This document shows, piece by piece, positions 56,147 through 64,000 of a stretch of 64,000 nucleotides of DNA. Below the pieces are notes generated by a model. The model did not search any database, was not told the origin of the DNA, and saw only the letters and a program-made list of their open reading frames with translations. The stretch comes from Scenedesmus sp. PABB004 (taxonomy: Eukaryota). How positions within the stretch are numbered: the first letter of the stretch is position 1; every line of letters begins with the position of its first letter. The position numbers and the translations under genes were made by a program. The stretch spans positions 3,224,001-3,288,000 of the forward strand of contig CM026547.1 in assembly GCA_014905635.1 (NCBI GenBank). Reading direction: 5' to 3'.

Positions 56147-56515
56147 TCAGCCCGCCGGTCGCTGCCGCCCGGCCGGCGCCGGCACCGCGATCGGCGCCGC
56201 CGGTGCTGTTGCCGCCGCCGGTGCTGCTGCCGCCGCCGCCGCCGCCGGTGCTGCTGCCGCCGCCTCCGCCGCCTCTGCCGCCTCGCGCGCGCGCCGGGCG
56301 ACACGCCACGCGGGCTCCTCCTCCTCCTCGGCCGGCGGCGCCGCGGCGTCCGCCGGCTCCTGCCAGCCGAAGCGCTCCTGGAAGTCCTTGCGCTGCCGCA
56401 GCGTCCACATGTCCACCGACAGCGCGGCCGCCCACAGGCACAGGACGCCAGCGGCACCCGCGCGCAGCCGGTCGCCGCGCGGCAGCTGGCGCCACGTCTC
56501 CACGAGCCCCGTCAT
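56147..56515 (-). CDS. Small hypothetical single-TM protein
   Basis: MTGLVETWRQLPRGDRLRAGAAGVLCLWAAALSVDMWTLRQRKDFQERFGW...; coding-like composition with one hydrophobic helix. Confidence 0.45.
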   Translation of the reverse strand: MTGLVETWRQLPRGDRLRAGAAGVLCLWAAALSVDMWTLRQRKDFQERFGWQEPADAAAPPAEEEEEPAWRVARRAREAAEAAEAAAAAPAAAAAAAAPAAATAPAAPIAVPAPAGRQRPAG

Positions 56516-56946
56516 GCCGCGGTGGCCGCTCTGGGGGTGGCCGCTCCTGAGGGCGCCGGGGCGGAGAGGGCAAGGCCGCCGCCGCAGAACGCTGCTGCCG
56601 GCGCTGCTGGCGCTGCTGGCGCTGCTGGCGCTGCTGGCGCTGCTGGCAGCGGGTCCCAGCGACCCAGAGTGAGGCGGAGCGCGGCTCGCGGTGCCTGGCG
56701 GCGCGCTTGGAGAGGCGGGCGGGCGGCAGCGGAGCGGCGGCAGCAGATGGCCGACCGCCACGGCCGCCCGGAGCTGCTGGCGCGGCTGCAGCCTCCACGA
56801 GTCAGCCGTGTGGCGCGCGCGTGGCCGATATCAACTCAAATTGCAACCCCAGCTCGCCCAGCAACACAGCGCGGGGCTCAGCGCCGCCGCGGCAAACACG
56901 CCGGTGCACGGCGCAGCGCCGACGCCGCGCCCCACGCGTGCCTGCA

Positions 56947-57657
56947 TCACGCCGTGCCACGCAGCTCCGCCCAGGCCAGCGAGGTGGGGACGAGCATCGC
57001 CCAGGACGCGCCGATGGCGATCCAGCCGAGGGCGACGAAGGCGGCCTCCACCGCGGCCGCCACGCCAGCGCCTGGGCCGCCGCCGCCGCCCGCGTCGCGC
57101 GCGGCAGGGCCGCCGCCGCGCTTGGCGCCGCCGCGCGCGTCGCCGCCGCAGGTGCCGCAGCCCGCCTGCGGCAGGAGCGGCCGCAGCAGCCCCCGGCGGC
57201 GCGCCGGCTGCCGCGTGGCGAGCAGGGCGGCCAGCGCGAGCGCGGCGGCCAAACAGTCAATGACCAGCAGCGCCGCGTGAGCCGCCGCCTGTGCGCAGTC
57301 GAGCAGCTCCGCCGCGGCGGGCACGCCGCCCAGGCCGTCGTCGCGGAGCGGCAGCCAGCCCGCCGCCGAGGCGGGCACGGCGTCGCGCCAGCGCCGGCCG
57401 GCCGAGGCGCACGCCGTCGCGCCGCAGCGTGCGGGGCGCGGCGGCGGCGACGCCGCGAGGATCAGGGCCAAAGCGCTGCAGATGCACACCAGGGCCCACG
57501 CCAGCACGCGCAGCACGCGCTTCTCCTGCGCGGGGAGCGGCACGGCGCGGCAGCGCTGCGGCGTGCGCCGCCGCTGCCGCCGCTGCCGCTGCCGCGCGAC
57601 TGCCAGGCCTCGCACCCGCGCCGTGCCGTCCCCGCAGGCCTCGCAGGCGGCCGCCAT
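56947..57657 (-). CDS. Hypothetical membrane protein (about 3 TM)
   Basis: Hydrophobic stretches VLAWALVCICSALALILAA, ALLVIDCLAAALALAALL and AAFVALGWIAIGASWAMLV. Confidence 0.45.
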   Translation of the reverse strand: MAAACEACGDGTARVRGLAVARQRQRRQRRRTPQRCRAVPLPAQEKRVLRVLAWALVCICSALALILAASPPPRPARCGATACASAGRRWRDAVPASAAGWLPLRDDGLGGVPAAAELLDCAQAAAHAALLVIDCLAAALALAALLATRQPARRRGLLRPLLPQAGCGTCGGDARGGAKRGGGPAARDAGGGGGPGAGVAAAVEAAFVALGWIAIGASWAMLVPTSLAWAELRGTA

Positions 57658-57866
57658 CGCGACTGCTGCTGCGGCCGGGCGCTCGCGAGGGCAGCGGCGG
57701 GGGCGGGGCGCGCTGCCGCCGCCGCGGGCTGCTGGCGGGCTGCTGGGCGGTCTCCACGCGCGCCCCTGGTCGCTCTGTGTGCGGGGAGGCCGCAGGGGAG
57801 GCAGCCGGCGTGCGGGGGCGGCGCCGCGCGGTTCGGCCAACCTCGGGCGACGGGTGCGGCCGGGCG

Positions 57867-60800
57867 TTACGCGAGCTTGCGAGCCGCGCGCCACTCTGCG
57901 GCGACGCCCGCTGCAACGACGTGCGCGAGCGCGCACACGGTCAGCATGGGGTTGACGCCCGAGGGCGTGGGCAGGAGCGAGGCGTCGGCCACAAACAGCC
58001 CCGCGACCTCCCAGCTCTCGCCGCGCGGGTCGCAGGCCGAGGCCTCGGGGCGCGCGCCCATGCGGCAGGACCCCATCTGGTGGGCGCTGAGCAGCGGCAC
58101 CTCGTATCGGCGCATCCGAGGCGCGGCGCCGCACAGGCGGGCGACGAACGCGTCGACCGCGGCGGCCGGCGCGGCCGGCGGCGCGGCGGGGTCTAGCTGC
58201 AGCTGAAGGTCCCAGTCCTCCACCTGGTTGGGCACGACCACGCGGCACGCGCCCGCCGCCACGAGCGCACGCACCGCGAGCGCGACGCCCTGCGCGGCGG
58301 TGCGGCGTCGCGCGTCGGGCGGCGGGCGGCGGGCGTGGGGCGGGGTGGCGCCCCGCCCCGCCCCGCCCCGCCCCGCGCCGCGCCGCGCGGCGCGGCGCGC
58401 CGCGCGGCGCGGCGCGCGTGTGCGTGCGTGGCGCCGCACCTCCATGAGGTGCCCCCGCGTCGCTGCGTCGGGCCAGTAGGACACGCGCGGCTGCCCCGCG
58501 CGGTCCACGCGCACGCGGCCGGCGCCGCTGTCGCGCGCAAACACGACGACGGGCGAGATGTTTGGCAGCTGCAGCAGCATGGACTTGAGGTGCCCCGGCG
58601 CCGCGTCGGGGCACAGCGCCGCGAGCAGGCCGGGGTGCACCGCGGGCACCGACACCATCGCGCCGTAGCCGCCCGACTCCCAGCCCGCCGCGGCGCGCGA
58701 GAACGAGCCCATCGCCACGCCCTGCCCCGGCGGCGGCGGGCGGGACGGCGGCGGCAGCCCACGGCGCGCCGGTCGGCAGCCCCGCGTGACGCGGCGGCGC
58801 TGGCCGAGGCGCGCATGGCGGCGCCAGCGCCAGCACCCCCCCCCCCCCCCCCCCGCGCCGCGCCGCGCACCTCGTGCAGCTCCACCGCGCCCCTCGCCGC
58901 GTCGGCGTCGGCCGGAAACACTCCCACGAGCCCCGCCGCCGGGTGCAGGCGCAGGAAGCGCCCGACGTTGCCCCCCGCGCGCACGCCGCTGCGCAGCAGC
59001 AGCGCGGGGGTGTGCAGCGAGCCGGCTGCGGCGACGACGAGCGGCGCGTGCACCAGCACGCGCAGCTGGCGCACGGGCGGCGAGCCCGGCGGCGGCGCGA
59101 GCGCCGGCGCGCTCAGCGCCAGCACGCCGACCGCGCGCTTGGTGCGCGTGTGGCGGCCGTCCGCGGTCGGCTCCTGCGGGCGGGCGGTGCGCGTGAGCCG
59201 GCGCCGGCGCCGCGGGCGCGCGCGGCAGCGGCGCCAGCGCGCGCACCCGCGCCGGGCGCGTGAGCACCGCCTGCGCCTCGACGCCGGTCAGCACGTGGGC
59301 GCCCGCCCGGACCGCGTCGACCAGCCACGTGACGTCGCTGCTCGCCTTGTGCCCGGAGCGGCAACCGAGGGAGCAGTAGGCGCTGCACACCTGTTGTCAA
59401 AGGGCATTCAGGGGGCGGCACAGGGGGCGGCTCTCGCTTGGGGCAGCGCCGGCGGGGCACGCGCCGCGCCCGCCTGGCGCGAGCGTGCGTCACGCGGCGG
59501 CGGCGGCGGCGGCGCGGTGCAGGGCCCACCTTGCTCGCGCAGTTGCGCGGGAGCTCCTCGCCGTGCACGCCCAGCGCGTGCAGCCCCGCGAGCAGCTTGG
59601 CGTTGGGGCCGCTCATGACCGTGCCCGTGGCCACGCCCATGCGGGCGCACACCGCGTCGAGCGCGGCGTCCAGCGGCGCCGCGCCGGGCGCGAGCGCCGC
59701 CAGGCCGTGCTCGTCCGCCCACTCGCGCCGCACGTGCGCGGGCGTGCGCAGGCTGGCGGTCCAGTTGATCTTGGTGCCTGGGCGGCGGGGCGGCGGCGGC
59801 GCGACGCGGCGGCGGGGCGGCTCTGCCGCGGCGCCCGCGGCCGCGCGGCGCCAGCAAAAAAAAAACGCGCCGCGCGCGCACCGCCTCCGAGCGTCGCGCC
59901 GGCGAGTATGCTGAGCGCGGCGTCGTCGGTGGCCATGAAGCCGGCGCGCTCGTACATCGCCGCCATGGCCTCCCCCTCCAGCCACGACATCTCTGCACGG
60001 GGTGCCCGGCGCAGCAGGGTTGACGATGCGCGGCGGCGTGCGCGCGCGGCGCGCGCCCGGCCCGCCGAGCGCGCGCGCCTCACCCTCGCGCCGCATCCAG
60101 CTGGCCTTCTCCAGCACCAGCACGCGCATGCCAGCGCCCGCCAGCAGCGCTGCTGCCACGCCGCCGCCCGCGCCGGAGCCGACCACGACCACGTCATACC
60201 ACAGCTCCACGTCGGCGCGCGGCAGGCCCTCGCCGCCGCTGCCGCTGCGGGCGGCCGCCGCCGCGCGTGCGCCCTGGTCGGGCGGCGCCGCCGCGTCGGG
60301 CGCCCCGGCCGCCGCGCCGGGCGCCCCGGCCGGCGCCGCAGCGCGGGGCGACGTCGCGAAGCCGCGCTTTGCCAGGTACGCCTGCGCGCGGGGCGCGGCC
60401 AGCTGAGGCGCCGCGCCGAGCCGAGACCCGGCCGGCCGCGCCGCCCGCGCGCACGCACAACGACGTCGCACTCGCGCGCCACCGCCGCAGGGAGGTGCAC
60501 CGTCGCACTGGCGAGCAGCTCCTCCGCCGCCGCCGCGCCGGGCGGCGCGGGGCCGAGCGCCGGCTCGCGCCGCGCCGGGCCCGGCGTATAGCGCATCGCC
60601 GCGTGGAAGGGGTTGGCCCCGGTGTCAGGGTCGATGTGGCTCACCAGCGCCGACGCGACCACCGACTTGAGCGCCTTGTAGGCCTGCGGGCGCCGCCGCG
60701 CCGCGCGGCGCCTCGGCGCAGCGCTGGTCGCGGGCGGCGGCGGCGCACACCGCGCGCACCGCGGGCGGCGGCGGCGCGCACCTTGCGCAGCGGCGGCAGG

Positions 60801-61135
60801 GGCGAGCGCGCCCAGGCGCGAAGCACCGCCTGACGCTGCGCGAGCGGCAGGTGCGGGAACGCCCGCACCCACGGCCAGCGCCACGAGAGGGCGTGCCGGC
60901 CGCACAGCAGCAGCGTCGGCACGCGCCAGCGCAGCAGGCGCAGCAGGAGGAGCAGCTCCGCGCGCTGGCCCGGCTGGAAGAAGTCTGCCACGGCCTTCAG
61001 CACCTCGCCCGGCAGCGCGGGCAGCTCGCCGCCGCTGGACGCGATGTAGTCACGCAGGCTCGCATCCTGCTGCTCGCCCGCGCCGCTCAGCGCGGGCCAC
61101 ACCGCGCCCGCCACCGCCGCCACGACCGCCTCCAT
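57867..61135 (-). CDS. Long-chain fatty alcohol oxidase (GMC oxidoreductase)
   Basis: FAD motif YDVVVVGSGAGGGVAA...LVLEK, GATLGG|GTKINW, C..C.LGC, AAGSLHTPALLLRSG...VGRFLRLHP, SAHQMGSCRMG and DASLLPTPSGVNPMLT. The N-terminus is FAO-type (QRQAVLRAWARS). Confidence 0.88.
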
Positions 61136-61493
61136 TTTCAGACTATGCAACCGAATGGGCGCCCATGCGCCTGGCGCGCTGCCACGGACGGAGGGCGGGG
61201 CAGCAGCAAGTGCCTGGCCGAGAGCCTGCTGCCGACCGGCCCAGCGCGCGCGCGACCTCTCGCCACGGCGCTGGTGCGGCGCGCCAGCGCGAGCGAGAGC
61301 GGCTCGTCATGCAGCGAGGGCGCAGCGACGCTGGGCCCTGGCCCGACGTGGCGAGCAGCGCACGCGCCGCCGGGGCAAAGCACTGAGTCAGAACACAGCA
61401 CAGTTGAGTTGGTGAGACCTGGCACTGCCCAGACAGCAGTGCGCGCTCCCCGGGGTGGGGCGGACACACGCTCCCGCACACGCTCCGCACACG

Positions 61494-64000
61494 CTACGCC
61501 GCGGGCGGCGGCAGGCTGAAGGACATGCAGATCGGCGCGCGCACGCCAAAGGCGGCGAGCAGCCCGCGCCCCAGGCCCCACGCGCCCTCGCCTGCGATGA
61601 GCGCCGCGCCGACGACCGCGGCGTAGGCGTCGCAGGAGCGCGGGTAGCGCGCCCACCACGCGACGCGCGCGGCGGCGCCGATGACCACGTCGACCGTCAG
61701 CGTGGCGCCGACGAGCGCGACGACGCCCAGCGCGGCGGGGACGGGCACGAGGCCGCGCGCGCGCGGCGGCGCGACGTCGCGCAGCGCGTTGAGCGCCGCG
61801 CCGAGCACGAGCGCCGCGAGGCCGACCCAGGGCGCGTGCCGCGGCAGCGCCGCCACGACGCCGCCGCTCGCCGCGAGCGCCGCGACGGAGCGCAGCCCCG
61901 CGGCGGCGGGCGACGCGTAGAAGCCGTCGCGCGCGGCCAGGCCGGCGGCGCCGGCGCCGCCGCCCGCGAGCGCGGCCGCGTGCAGCAGCAGCGCACCCGG
62001 CGCGGCGAGGCAGCCCGCGACGAGGCCGACGAGGTGCGAGAGGAAGACGGCGGTGGGGTTGGCCATGGCGACGTAGCCGCAGCGCCACGCATAGAGCGCA
62101 TTGGACGCGCTGCTCGCAGCGCCGAGCAGCAGCCCCGCGCACGCGAGCGCAGCGCCGACGCCGGCGCCGCCGCCGGTGCCCGCCCACGAGGCAAACACGA
62201 GCGCGCCGAGCTGCGCCCACGCGCTCGCGAGGCTCACGTCGGTCGCGCCCGCGCCGCGCGCGTTGGCCAGCGCGACGGGCGCCGCGAGGGCGGCCGCGAC
62301 GAGCACGTGCTGCGGCGACAGCCCCGTGCCGCCGCCGGCGACGGCGCCGCCCTCGGCGCCGGTGGCCGCGGCCGCGCCGAGCAGCGCCGGCAGCGCGCCC
62401 ACCGCCGCCGCGGCGAGCGAGATGAAGCCGAGCAGGCCCCAAAAACCCCGCACCCCCGTGTCTGCGGCAAAGATGTGCGCCCGCAGCGCGCGCTCCATCG
62501 CTGCCAAGCTGAACTGGAGGCTGCTCGCGTCGCTCAGCGCGTCCGACTCGAGCGTCGCGAGCGCCGCCGCGCGCAGCGAGCTGCGCAGGCCGCGCCGCGC
62601 GCGCCGGCGCTTCAGGCCCGGCCCGGGAGTGCCGCGCGGGTTGGCGTCGCCGCCGCGCGGCGCCTCGCCGGCCCCGCCCGCGCCGCCGGGCTTGGCGGGC
62701 GCCAGCCCGCCGCCGCGCGCCGGCGGCGCCGCGTCGTCGCCGCCACGGCCGCGGCGCAGCGCCGCCACGGCCAGCACGCCCGCCTTGACGCCGTGGTACG
62801 CCGCGTCGCCCAGCAGCAGGGCGAGCGCGACGACCAGGTGATACCCGTAAGCGCCGCGCACGTCGCCCGGCGGCAGGCCGGCCGGGTACCAGTCGCCCTC
62901 CCGGCTCGCGAGCGCGGGCCACAGGACCGCCCAGAAGGCGAGTCCGCCCGCGAGCAGCGACCACGCGACGCCGATCGGCGCGATCAGGCCCAGGCCGACC
63001 GTGGCGAGGCTCGCGTCAAAGTTCCAGGTGAAGGCCAGGGCCTGCAGCCCAAAGGTCGGGAAGCGCGCAAAGCCCTGGCCGCACGTGGGGTTGTTGAAGA
63101 CCCACGTGTACGCCGAAAACGCGGCCGCGATGGCGCCCCACTGCAGGAAGCGCGACATCTGCGCACCGCACGCGCGGGCGGGGCCGCGGGTCAGCACGCG
63201 CCTCCCCGCGCGCGCAAGCAAAACAGAACCCTGCCACGCCCGCGCCGGCCGCCGCGCGGCGGCGGCGGCGGCGGCGCGCCTGCTTGGCGCCGTGGTAGCT
63301 GCCCGCCGGCGTGTGCAGCACGGCGACGAGCTGCCCCGCGGCCGTGCCCGTGGCAAAGGTCATGCTGCGCGCCGCAAAGATGCGCCGGCGCAGCGGCAGC
63401 ATCAGCAGCGCGCCGGGCAGCCCGACCAGCGCGAGGTAGGCAGCGAGGGGCCAGTAGCCCGGCGCCCACACGAGGCTGGGCAGGTTGCCGGGCACGCCGC
63501 CGCCGAGGCGCGCCGCGGCGGGGCGCTGCAGCGCGAGCAGCACGCTGCCGAGCCCGCCCGCGCCCGCGGTGCCGGCGAGCCCGAGCGCCGCCGACGCCGC
63601 GACCGCGACTTCCTGGGCGGCGAGCGGCGGCACGCAGCCGCGCAGGTCCCGGCCCAGCAGGGCGGTGTAGGCGCGCAGCAGCGCCCAGCAGCCGCCCGCG
63701 AGCACGACCTGCGGGCACGACACGGGCGGCAGCTCAGTGGCCGGAGCGAGGAAGGCTGCGGGGTCAAGGTGGCCAGCTGCAGGTCCCGCCCTCGACCAGG
63801 CGCCCCGCCCGCCCAGCCGCGCCCGACCTGCAGGTTCGGCGCCACGCCGGTGACGAGTGCGACGCGCGTGGTCAGCAGCAGCACGGCGGCGCCGACGATG
63901 AGCCCCGCGACGAGCGCGCGCGCCGTGAGCTGCCCGGCGAACGGAGGCAGCGGCGTCGTGCTGCCGGGCGGCACGATGGCCGCGCTGCTGCTGGCGCAGG
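61494..64000 (-). CDS. OPT/YSL-family oligopeptide or metal-nicotianamine transporter (5' end probably beyond the window)
   Basis: QLTARALVAGLIVG, QEVAV, LPLRRRIF...LTF-like MTFATGTAAG.L...HTP, FPTFGLQA, VGLGLIAP, LWPAL..REGDWYP and VGAALIAGEG.WG; many TM helices. Confidence 0.82.

Noticed and set aside
1..64000. Hundreds of long overlapping R/A/P/G-rich ORFs (e.g. 7941-10706 +, 23106-26726 +, 34636-38634 -, 49401-52097 +)
   Set aside because: Stop codons are rare at this GC content. These ORFs are antisense or off-frame shadows of real exons and introns, with no recognisable domains.

Overview
Extremely GC-rich, gene-dense eukaryotic nuclear DNA. It is most likely from a chlorophyte green alga, based on short GC-rich spliceosomal introns, TGTAA poly(A) signals and orthologs of Chlamydomonas STA6, CCP1/2, LCID/E and FAP53. 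Most entries in the six-frame ORF track are GC-driven artefacts. Manual splicing gives about 19 genes: PDX1; an orphan multi-exon gene; CFAP53; a chromatin-reader protein (AT-hook, PWWP, PHD, zf-CW) carrying a phage/Dam-like amino-methyltransferase domain; AGPase small subunit; an LRR protein; a rhodanese-methyltransferase fusion; HECT ligase UPL3; Nup214; an intronless GT92-like secreted protein; a head-to-head CCP carrier / LCID-LCIE pair (CO2-concentrating mechanism); a SpoU methylase; a secreted Gly/Tyr-rich propeptide with repeated RxxL sites; an ankyrin kinase; two small membrane ORFs; a fatty alcohol oxidase; and a 5'-truncated OPT/YSL transporter. The top leads are the histone-reader-coupled DNA amino-methyltransferase, an unusually high rate of GC-AG introns, the putative peptide precursor and the conserved CCP-LCID divergent pair. 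All identifications come from motif recognition by eye; no database searches were run, and exon boundaries are inferred.
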